Shown: in pieces, positions 41,826 to 49,941 of the stretch
Layout: every line of letters begins with the position of its first letter
Position numbering within the stretch: the first letter of the stretch is position 1
Assembly: GCA_963662685.1 (NCBI GenBank)
Contig: OY759745.1
Coordinates: 2,036,478 to 2,100,477, forward strand
DNA length: 64,000 nucleotides
Direction: 5' to 3'
DNA from: Bacteroidales bacterium
GTDB taxonomy: Bacteria > Bacteroidota > Bacteroidia > Bacteroidales > VadinHA17
Translations under genes and position numbers: made by a program
Notes under the pieces: generated by a model
Seen by the model: the letters and a program-made list of their open reading frames with translations, nothing else
Database searches by the model: none
Told to the model about the DNA's origin: nothing

Positions 41826-42743
41826 ATGAAACGTTTTCTAACTTTTGTAGCGGTGCTTGTTGTTACGCTTTTTATTAACCTGATGTCCCAAAATTCTCCC
41901 CCCCAGGTCAGGAGTTTTCTTGAAATTGTTGACGTTGAGACCGGGAAACGGACAGTTGTGGAGTCGTTTGATTTTCGTATTGAGGCGCCTAACTGGACGC
42001 CTGACGGAAAGTATCTGGTTTATAACAGTTCGGGTAAACTATATAAAATGCCAGTGGCAGGAGGTGAGTCTGAGTTAATTAACACGGGCATTGCCGAAAG
42101 GCTGAACAACGACCATATTCTGAGTTTTGATGGTACTTTTTTCGCCGTGAGCAGCAGTTACGAGGGAAGTTCCAAAGTGTTTACCGTGCCTTTTGAGGGA
42201 GGAGAGGCCACTTTGGTTACACCCGAAGGACCAAGTTATCTCCATGGCATTTCACCTGATGGAAAAACACTGGCTTACTGTGCCCGTAGAAACGACAATA
42301 TGGATGTCTATATTATTCCGAAAAACGGTGGAGAAGAGATAAGGCTTACAGATGCTGAGGGGTTGGACGATGGGCCTGAATTTTCTCCCGATGGGAAATA
42401 TATCTGGTTTAACTCGGTAAGGTCGGGTTTGATGCAGGCATGGAGGATGAAAGCTGATGGCAGCGAACAGACACAGATGACTTTTGAAGAGTCTAATAAC
42501 TGGTTTCCCCATGTCTCTCCGGACGGTAAGAAAGTCAGTTATATCTCTTATAAGAAAGGAGATGTTGAACCGGGAAGCCATCCGGCCAATAAAAATGTCC
42601 GGCTTATGATCATGGATTCAGAGGGGGGGGAACCTGAAGTACTTGTGGAACTTTTTGGAGGTCAGGGAACTCTCAATGTAAATTCATGGTCGCCTGACAG
42701 CAAGAAGTTCGCTTTCGTGAGTTTTGAACTGATAGAAGAGTGA
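41826..42743 (+). CDS. PD40/TolB-like beta-propeller repeat protein, secreted
   Basis: Signal peptide plus five SPDGK-type PD40 repeats ([54 protein letters not shown]). Confidence 0.8.
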   Translation: MKRFLTFVAVLVVTLFINLMSQNSPPQVRSFLEIVDVETGKRTVVESFDFRIEAPNWTPDGKYLVYNSSGKLYKMPVAGGESELINTGIAERLNNDHILSFDGTFFAVSSSYEGSSKVFTVPFEGGEATLVTPEGPSYLHGISPDGKTLAYCARRNDNMDVYIIPKNGGEEIRLTDAEGLDDGPEFSPDGKYIWFNSVRSGLMQAWRMKADGSEQTQMTFEESNNWFPHVSPDGKKVSYISYKKGDVEPGSHPANKNVRLMIMDSEGGEPEVLVELFGGQGTLNVNSWSPDSKKFAFVSFELIEE

Positions 42744-42745
42744 GC

Positions 42746-43264
42746 TTAGAAATAAACAGGATACCTGAACAAGAAGAAGAAAAGTGCGGCTATCATGAAC
42801 GCCATGAACACCATAACGGCAGTTAGTGCCCTGTTTCTTCGCCGTTTAAAAATTACGATATTGTATTCACTGATAAAACGTTTTACGGCATTGTGTATCC
42901 TGAGAACAGTATTATTGTTTATAGGTATTACAGCGTCCACACTTTGACTGATTCCATCTTTTACTTCCTGGAGGTTGCCCGATTGTACCAGTAAGATCGT
43001 GCCACCGTCAGGCATAACATTGTTGACTTTTTCGAGAAACTCGTTAAGGAACGTTATTTTGTCCACAGACTCTGTGAAACCAATGATAGCTATAACACAA
43101 AAATTGTTTTTGGCTATTTGTTCGCAATAATCAATATACTGTTCTGTATTGTGAATAGAGGTGACGAGGTATCTTGTTTCGTCAGAAAACTTTTTTTTCA
43201 GGTCTCCGGTAAAGTTTCGGTGGTCGTCGTAGCAGATTAGCTGGGTGATTTTTGAAGCGGCCAT
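42746..43264 (-). CDS. Hypothetical protein: receiver-like fold lacking the acceptor Asp, with a C-terminal TM anchor
   Basis: 172 aa with an alternating beta/alpha pattern (QLICYDDH...CVIAIIGF...ILLVQSGN) and a C-terminal hydrophobic helix. This is the last gene of a four-gene minus-strand cluster. Confidence 0.5.
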   Translation of the reverse strand: MAASKITQLICYDDHRNFTGDLKKKFSDETRYLVTSIHNTEQYIDYCEQIAKNNFCVIAIIGFTESVDKITFLNEFLEKVNNVMPDGGTILLVQSGNLQEVKDGISQSVDAVIPINNNTVLRIHNAVKRFISEYNIVIFKRRRNRALTAVMVFMAFMIAALFFFLFRYPVYF

Positions 43265-43273
43265 TTTCTTACT

Positions 43274-44080
43274 TTATTTCTGGTTTCGGATATCGACGTT
43301 AGAATAAAACTTCCAAATACCTTTTTTAAGAATAAAGGCATCAAAAGAGAGTGCGGATCCATAAGATTCGGTTGAGTTCTGATCAGTAGAAAATGATGTG
43401 AGATGATCAAATATGACAGATTTATCCGAGTGAAACCTTAGGCTGACGACTCCGTCTGAAGAATATTTGAGAATATGTCTTAAAAGAGTTGTCCCGTTCA
43501 TATCAAGTGAACCATTACCGAAAAAAATCTCATTGTCGTTGAATCCGGCTATCTCTATTATTTTTCTGGATTCACCTAACATCGAGTAATCGTACCCTAG
43601 TAAAATATATAGATTTTCTCTATTTCTCCTGAAATGCCGTACATCGTAATACAAAGCTCCGTACCAGTCTGAGTCGCTGAACACCCTGCTTGTATCTATT
43701 CCTGCCTCGCTATATTTTCCCTCCAGTTTGTAAATAGAATTTTCTTTTCCTTCTCTTCTAATGAAATAACAAAAATACTTGTTATCGCCCCCTGAATCCA
43801 TGACATTCCAATTGATTATTTTCAGTTTTTTATCATCCGACTGGATCTCTCCAAGGAACCTTGCCCCGGATAATTTATGATTGAATACCGTATCGGATTC
43901 TATATAACCCTCAATTATGGTCCTGATAGAATCGTTTATCTTCATCTTATTGTTGTCAGGTGCCGCGATTATCCTGTCGTACATTCTGTTAATGGTCTCT
44001 TCTATACCGCTCTGGCTATAAGATGGGGGACAGATGAAAGATAAGGTAACCAGTAAAAAAGAAAAAAATCTTTTCATCAT
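43274..44080 (-). CDS. Hypothetical secreted protein
   Basis: 268 aa with signal peptide MMKRFFSFLLVTLSFICPPSYSQ. Its start overlaps the upstream aminotransferase stop by 4 nt. Confidence 0.55.
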   Translation of the reverse strand: MMKRFFSFLLVTLSFICPPSYSQSGIEETINRMYDRIIAAPDNNKMKINDSIRTIIEGYIESDTVFNHKLSGARFLGEIQSDDKKLKIINWNVMDSGGDNKYFCYFIRREGKENSIYKLEGKYSEAGIDTSRVFSDSDWYGALYYDVRHFRRNRENLYILLGYDYSMLGESRKIIEIAGFNDNEIFFGNGSLDMNGTTLLRHILKYSSDGVVSLRFHSDKSVIFDHLTSFSTDQNSTESYGSALSFDAFILKKGIWKFYSNVDIRNQK

Positions 44081-45279
44081 ATTTTTACGTTTTTTACGGT
44101 ATCGTCGAGTAAAGCTTTAACCTTAGCGCAACTCTCCATGGCCTCTTCCCGGGATATGTTAAGTGGGGGGGCTATCCTGAACGCATTATCCCGGAATAGA
44201 AAATAGTCTATTACCAGTCCGTGCTCCGGGGCGCGGCCAACGGCATAACCTATATACTCTTTTTTTGAAAGTTCTATGGCAAGAAGCAGCCCTTCTCCTC
44301 TTATTGAGTTTATTGCCGGGTGTTTCAGTTCTTTTTTTATTAATTTTGAGATAGAACGGCAATTTTTTGTCAGTTCATATTTCCGGATCACTTTCAGTGA
44401 CGCCAATCCGGCCGCGCAACATACCGGGTGCCCCCCAAAAGTAGTTATATGTCCCAGTTGAGGATTGAACGACAGAACTGACATTATATCCCGTGACGAT
44501 ATAAATGCTCCTAAAGGCAATCCGCCTCCCAGTGCTTTAGCCAATACCAGAATGTCGGGTACTACGGCAAATTTATCGATAGCGAAGAGATCGCCAAGGC
44601 GGCCAAATCCTGTTTGTACTTCGTCGAATACAAGCAAAGCCCCGTTTTTATCACATCTCTTCCTTATATCCGAAAGAAAGCCATCTTCGGGAAGGATCAC
44701 TCCAGCTTCTGCCTGTACCGGTTCAACGATCACACATGCCGTTGCTTTGTCTATAGCATTAAGTGCGTTAAAGTCGTTAAACTCTATCTGTACGGTTCCT
44801 GGAAGCAATGGACGGAACCTGTTTTTGTATGTTTCTCCTCCCTGGATGCTTAAAGCTCCATGCGTTCCCCCGTGATAACCGTTTTTAAAACTTATTATCT
44901 TATGTCTGTCCGTGAATCTTTTCGCGAGCTTCATCGCTCCTTCTATTGCTTCGCTTCCCGAATTCACGAAATAAACCGATTCAAGGTTGCCTGGCAGTAG
45001 TTCGCATATAGCCCTGGCGTAATCGGTTTGAGGCGTTTGTATCATCTCTCCGTAAACCATCAGGTGCAGGTAAGAATCAACCTGTTTCTTTATGGCACTG
45101 ACAACTTCAGGGTGCCTGTGGCCTGTATTGCTGACAGAGACCCCGGATATCAGGTCGATGTAACTTTTTCCTTCAGGACCATAAAGCCGTACACCCTCCG
45201 CTTTTTCTATCTCCAGCATGAGAGGCGACTGGGATGTCTGACCCAGATAATCAATGAAAACATCTTTATTAGTCGACAT
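44077..45279 (-). CDS. Class-III (acetylornithine/ornithine-type) pyridoxal-phosphate aminotransferase
   Basis: Contains SGSEAIEGAMKLA, DEVQTGFGR and the PLP-lysine region LAKALGGG. Confidence 0.88.
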   Translation of the reverse strand: MSTNKDVFIDYLGQTSQSPLMLEIEKAEGVRLYGPEGKSYIDLISGVSVSNTGHRHPEVVSAIKKQVDSYLHLMVYGEMIQTPQTDYARAICELLPGNLESVYFVNSGSEAIEGAMKLAKRFTDRHKIISFKNGYHGGTHGALSIQGGETYKNRFRPLLPGTVQIEFNDFNALNAIDKATACVIVEPVQAEAGVILPEDGFLSDIRKRCDKNGALLVFDEVQTGFGRLGDLFAIDKFAVVPDILVLAKALGGGLPLGAFISSRDIMSVLSFNPQLGHITTFGGHPVCCAAGLASLKVIRKYELTKNCRSISKLIKKELKHPAINSIRGEGLLLAIELSKKEYIGYAVGRAPEHGLVIDYFLFRDNAFRIAPPLNISREEAMESCAKVKALLDDTVKNVKI

Positions 45280-45293
45280 CGTTTTTGTTGGGT

Positions 45294-46001
45294 TTATTTG
45301 ACCATCAGGTTTATATCGCTTAACAGCTCATCACGGAACGATTTGCCTAAAGGAATGTTCATAGTGGTCTCTCCATTGCTGATATCCACGGATGAGTCTG
45401 TAATTGATTTTATCATGGATTTGTTAACAATATAAGACCTGTGGGTCCTGACAAACATACTTGAGGGTATCAGTTCTGATATGGCCTTCATGGTAAAATG
45501 TACCGTATATTTATCTGTAGGAGTGTTAATGATTATATAGTTTTCCAAAGCCTCGATATATACTATGTTTTTTAAAGTCAGTTTTACCAAGGTGGAACCA
45601 CTTTTTATGAATACTTCCTTCTCTTCCCTAACGCTTTGTTCTTTACGCGAGAAATAGAGGAACACTTTATCGACCGCTTTACAGAACCTTCCATAGGATA
45701 TTGGTTTTATAAGATAATCTACAGCATTGAAATCAAATGCTTTGGCCGCAAATCCTTCCTCGGAAGAGGTAATGATAATATTTGGGGGAGATTCAAGACT
45801 CTTAAGGAAATCAAAACCATCCATTTCAGGCATCATAATATCGAGAAAGACCAGTTCGATATCTTTTCTTTTTGTAAGCAGGTTTCTTGCCTCAAGTGAA
45901 CTGGTAAAAGATCCGGATAAAGTCAATGATGTATACTTCTTGATATACCCCTCCAGGATTTTTCCGAATACCTTATCGTCGTCTACAATGATACAATTCA
46001 T
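45294..46001 (-). CDS. LytTR-family response regulator
   Basis: N-terminal receiver (IIVDDD...FLDIMMPEMDG...KP) plus a C-terminal LytTR DNA-binding domain (VRTHRSYIVN). Confidence 0.9.
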   Translation of the reverse strand: MNCIIVDDDKVFGKILEGYIKKYTSLTLSGSFTSSLEARNLLTKRKDIELVFLDIMMPEMDGFDFLKSLESPPNIIITSSEEGFAAKAFDFNAVDYLIKPISYGRFCKAVDKVFLYFSRKEQSVREEKEVFIKSGSTLVKLTLKNIVYIEALENYIIINTPTDKYTVHFTMKAISELIPSSMFVRTHRSYIVNKSMIKSITDSSVDISNGETTMNIPLGKSFRDELLSDINLMVK

Positions 46002-46211
46002 TCTGTTTAAAATTTTTTGATTTCCGATAGTTCAAAAAATTTAGGTACTTACGGAAACTCATATGAATTTTAATCATCTTTATGTCAGAGTCTAAGATGA
46101 TCAGAATTCGTGCCGTTCCATTTTCCTCTTGTCAGAGGCTCAAAGAGATTTCAAAGATAAGAAAAATCCTTTTTCTTATACAGTTCTTGACATGATGTTG
46201 TACCCGGATCA

Positions 46212-46248
46212 ACAAAAAAGCCTTTCCGAATAAAGAAAGGCTTTTTTC
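46212..46248 (-). terminator. Rho-independent (bidirectional-type) terminator downstream of the second HU gene
   Basis: Stem AGCCTTTC/GAAAGGCT with an 8-nt loop, flanked by an A6 run and a T6 run. Confidence 0.75.
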
Positions 46249-46271
46249 ACTCATAATTAAATAAGAAATAA

Positions 46272-46541
46272 TCAGAGCGATTTGTTTAACGCTGGTGCTG
46301 CTTTGAATTTGACAACTTTCTTGGCCGGAACTTTCAGTTGAGCGCCTGTTCTTGGGTTACGCACCGTACGGGCATTTCTTTTTTCAACTTTGAAGGTACC
46401 TAAGCCAGGGAGTTGAATTCTGTCTCCTTTTTTCATTGCTTTACCAAAAGCAGAGACAAAAGCGTTCAACGCTTTCCCTGAATCTTTAATCGAAAGATCT
46501 GCCTCGGCAGCAATCGCATTAATTAATTCTTTTTTCGTCAT
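46272..46541 (-). CDS. hup: HU family DNA-binding protein (second copy)
   Basis: MTKKELINAIA...LPGLGTF...RNPRTG...FKAA is HU-like. ATG at 46541 is preferred; the track start at 46679 adds a non-HU extension. Confidence 0.92.
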   Translation of the reverse strand: MTKKELINAIAAEADLSIKDSGKALNAFVSAFGKAMKKGDRIQLPGLGTFKVEKRNARTVRNPRTGAQLKVPAKKVVKFKAAPALNKSL

Positions 46542-46582
46542 AATTAATAATTTAAAGGTTAGCTTTATTGTTATTATAAATA

Positions 46583-46613
46583 CAAATTTATCATTTATTA
46601 ACACACAAACAAA
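46583..46613 (-). promoter_or_regulatory. Candidate Bacteroidota promoter (TTTG, N19, TAAATTTG) for the second HU gene
   Basis: On the minus strand, TTTG at 46613-46610 is followed by a 19-nt spacer and TAAATTTG at 46590-46583, about 42 nt upstream of the ATG. Confidence 0.55.
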
Positions 46614-46889
46614 TTTTTCTTTCCTATTTTCCACAAATAATGGCACTTTGAGGATAAAAAGACTTTTTCTTATTGACAATGATGTAAAACGATAGAATTA
46701 AGCCCGCTTAATTCTATTAATCACATGTGTTTATGGCAGCACTGCCCTTGTATTTTAATGGATTTGATTTCCTGATTAACTAAAAGATTGCTGAATACGG
46801 ATGAATTTTGTAATTTTATCGCTTGATACGAGCCTTGTTTGGCAATCTTCTCCTTATTGGGGGATGATGTTACCCTAAAATAGATAGGA

Positions 46890-47765
46890 ATGATAAAATC
46901 GATGACTGGCTTTGGAAAAGCAATAGCGGGCACCTCCCAGAAGAAGATCTCATTAGAAATAAAGTCGTTAAATTCCAAACAGTTGGATCTTAACCTTAAA
47001 CTCCCATGGCTTTATAAAGATAAAGAGCCGGAGATAAGAAATATTATCAGTAAAAGGCTCGATAGGGGAAAGATCGATGTTGCTGTTTTTATAGATACGA
47101 TAAGTGATGAGACCGTTCCGGTTATAAATAAAGCGGTGGTTAAGAATTATTTTACTCAGTTGAGCGAGGTTGTCGGAGAACTTGATTTAAAACTCGATCA
47201 TAATGCTATCCATACAATAATGAAATTGCCGGATGCGCTGAAGATTGACAGGCAGGAACTTGATGAGGGGGAATGGGAGATGGTAAAGGGTATCCTCGAG
47301 GAGTCGTTAAATCTTACGGAAAAATACCGTATTGAAGAGGGAGCTGCTATAGAAGCTGATTTCAGGAGGGCTATATCGGTTATTATAAGGCTGTTGAACG
47401 AGGTTGGTTCTCTTGATGCGGCCAGAATAGAAAGGATAAGACATAGGCTTGGAAGCTCACTTTCCGAGTTTTTGGCGAATGATAACGTTGATAAGAACAG
47501 GTTTGAGCAGGAGGTAATTTATTATATTGAGAAGTTAGATATTAACGAGGAGAAGGTAAGACTTGGCAAGCATTGTGATTACTTTCTGGAAAAACTCGAC
47601 GGGCCTTCACCCAACGGTAAGATACTCAATTTTATTTCCCAGGAGATGGGAAGGGAAATAAACACTATAGGTTCAAAAGCCAATGATGCGGAGATACAGA
47701 AGCTGGTGGTGATGATGAAGGATGAGCTTGAGAAAATTAAGGAACAGACTCTTAATGTTTTATAA
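46890..47765 (+). CDS. yicC: YicC/YloC family protein
   Basis: The N-terminus MIKSMTGFG is collinear with E. coli YicC MIRSMTAY, the C-terminus is YicC-like, and it has the usual neighbourhood with gmk. Confidence 0.88.
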   Translation: MIKSMTGFGKAIAGTSQKKISLEIKSLNSKQLDLNLKLPWLYKDKEPEIRNIISKRLDRGKIDVAVFIDTISDETVPVINKAVVKNYFTQLSEVVGELDLKLDHNAIHTIMKLPDALKIDRQELDEGEWEMVKGILEESLNLTEKYRIEEGAAIEADFRRAISVIIRLLNEVGSLDAARIERIRHRLGSSLSEFLANDNVDKNRFEQEVIYYIEKLDINEEKVRLGKHCDYFLEKLDGPSPNGKILNFISQEMGREINTIGSKANDAEIQKLVVMMKDELEKIKEQTLNVL

Positions 47766-47774
47766 TTAAGGATC

Positions 47775-48338
47775 ATGGGGAAGCTGGTTATTGTTTCTGC
47801 TCCGTCGGGCGCCGGTAAATCCACGCTTATAAATAATCTTCTGGCAAGAGGGGTGAAACTGGAGTTCTCTGTTTCAGCGACAACACGTAGACCCCGGGGA
47901 AGCGAAATCGATGGAAGGGAATATTATTTTCTTACTGACGAAGAATTCTCCAAAAGGGTGGGAGAAGATAAGTTTGTGGAGTGGGAGGAGGTTTATGCGG
48001 ATCATAGATACGGAACCCTCAAAAGCGAACTTGACCGTATCTGGTCGGCGGGAAACCATGTACTCTTCGATGTAGATGTCAAAGGAGCGATGAAACTTAA
48101 GAACATTTTTCGCGACAGTGCTTTGTCTGTTTTTATTATGCCTCCTTCTGTAGATGAACTGGAAAAAAGATTGATAGGGAGGGGGACAGATAACGCCGAC
48201 AAGATTAAGATGCGTATCGCCAAAGCCATTGAAGAAGTGAAACTGGCCGATAAGTTCGATATGATAATAGTAAATGAAAATTTAAACGAAGCTCAGGAAA
48301 AGTTATATAAGTCGGTAACTGATTTTTTGTCGGTTTGA
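47775..48338 (+). CDS. gmk: Guanylate kinase
   Basis: P-loop SAPSGAGKSTL, TTRRPRGSEIDGREYYF. Confidence 0.95.
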   Translation: MGKLVIVSAPSGAGKSTLINNLLARGVKLEFSVSATTRRPRGSEIDGREYYFLTDEEFSKRVGEDKFVEWEEVYADHRYGTLKSELDRIWSAGNHVLFDVDVKGAMKLKNIFRDSALSVFIMPPSVDELEKRLIGRGTDNADKIKMRIAKAIEEVKLADKFDMIIVNENLNEAQEKLYKSVTDFLSV

Positions 48339-48360
48339 TCCTTAAAAAAAGCAGAAGCAG

Positions 48361-48954
48361 ATGAATAGAATAGGATTATATTTCGGTTCGTTTAACCCGG
48401 TTCATATCGGGCATATGGCCATTGCTGGTTATTTGTCGGAGTTCACCGACCTGGACCAGGTGTGGTTCGTGGTTTCGCCTCACAATCCTCTAAAGAAAAA
48501 GGAGACTCTGCTGGATGACACGGAACGTTTAAAAATGGTTGAACTGGCTTTGGGAGGATCTTTCAATCTGAGGCCATGTGATGTTGAATTCAGAATGCCG
48601 GTACCTTCTTACACAATCGACACGATGGTATATCTTGAGGAGAAATACCCAACATATAGGTTTTGCCTGATCATGGGAGAGGATAACCTCTCTACTTTAC
48701 ATAAATGGAAAAATATTGATGTTATTTCCCAACGATATCCGATATACGTTTACCCGCGGAACAGGGCAGGGAAGGATATTCCCGGAGAATTTATGGATAT
48801 TATCAGGAGTTCCGATATTAAAATGGTTAACGCTCCCCTGATGGATATCTCAGGTAGTTTTATCCGCCAGGGTATAAAGGAAGGAAAGGATATGTCCTTT
48901 TTCCTCCCTCCGGCTGTGTGGAAATATATTGATGATAAGCATTATTATTGTTGA
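48361..48954 (+). CDS. nadD: Nicotinate-nucleotide adenylyltransferase
   Basis: GSFNPVHIGH motif plus an ISGSFIR-type ISST motif. Confidence 0.93.
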   Translation: MNRIGLYFGSFNPVHIGHMAIAGYLSEFTDLDQVWFVVSPHNPLKKKETLLDDTERLKMVELALGGSFNLRPCDVEFRMPVPSYTIDTMVYLEEKYPTYRFCLIMGEDNLSTLHKWKNIDVISQRYPIYVYPRNRAGKDIPGEFMDIIRSSDIKMVNAPLMDISGSFIRQGIKEGKDMSFFLPPAVWKYIDDKHYYC

Positions 48955-49020
48955 TATTCTGTTGGATAGATGATTCATAACTCATACCCGTGAGTTTATA
49001 CGGTTTTAAAGTTTAAACGA

Positions 49021-49941
49021 ATGAAAAGAGATAATACCATATTTGTCGCTATACTATGTTGTCTCTTATGGTCGTCTGTTTATTCTACTATAAAGGTTGG
49101 CCTAAAGTATGACACTCCTCTTCATTTCGCCGGTATCAGGTTTATTATAGGTGGTTTGATGATTTTGCCTTTTACCGTGAAGCCGTCGGCGTTTATAATT
49201 ATGGTCAGAGAAAACTGGCGGCTTGTTTTGTATGTTACTCTGCTACAGGGAGTGATAAATTATACCCTTTTTTATACAGGAATGAATCTTGTCCCGGGAG
49301 CCATAGGCGCTGTTGTTGTGGGTTCTCAACCGCTCTTCACGGCGTTGGTCTCAGCAGGAATGGATAAAAATGATAAGTTGACAAAAAGAAAAGTTGCTAC
49401 TATTATTGTCGCTCTCACCGGTATTGTTCTTATAAGTGCTGGCAGGCAAGCGCTAAAACTTGGCTCATTACCCGAGTTGCTCGGTATTATGTTGATCCTG
49501 GGAGCTAATATGGCTACATCGACAAGCAATGTGTTGATCTCTTTACAAGGGAAAAAAATAGATCCATTGGTACTCAGTTCTACTTCAATATTTTTTGGTG
49601 GACTGATGCTTCTGATGTTTTCAATCCTGTTTGAACAACCGGTTATTCCGGCCACTAAGCCCGCGGAATACTGGGTAGCCCTGTTTTGGTTAGCCTTTGT
49701 TTCCGCTGCGGCATTTTCATTGTGGTATGTGTTGCTTAAACGCCCGGGGGTCAAAGTCTCCGAGCTTAACCTGTGGAAGTTTCTGATACCTGTTGTTGGC
49801 GCTATTTTAAGCTGGGTTATTTTACCCGACGAGCACCCTGAATGGATAACCATCACCGGAATGGTAATTATCGCGGGTTCATTGGTGCTGTTTCATTGCA
49901 AGGGAAAGCATGCGGCTAAAGCTTCAACATCTTTTCAATAG
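49021..49941 (+). CDS. EamA/DMT-family transporter
   Basis: 306 aa with about 10 TM helices in two EamA-like halves. Confidence 0.85.
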   Translation: MKRDNTIFVAILCCLLWSSVYSTIKVGLKYDTPLHFAGIRFIIGGLMILPFTVKPSAFIIMVRENWRLVLYVTLLQGVINYTLFYTGMNLVPGAIGAVVVGSQPLFTALVSAGMDKNDKLTKRKVATIIVALTGIVLISAGRQALKLGSLPELLGIMLILGANMATSTSNVLISLQGKKIDPLVLSSTSIFFGGLMLLMFSILFEQPVIPATKPAEYWVALFWLAFVSAAAFSLWYVLLKRPGVKVSELNLWKFLIPVVGAILSWVILPDEHPEWITITGMVIIAGSLVLFHCKGKHAAKASTSFQ

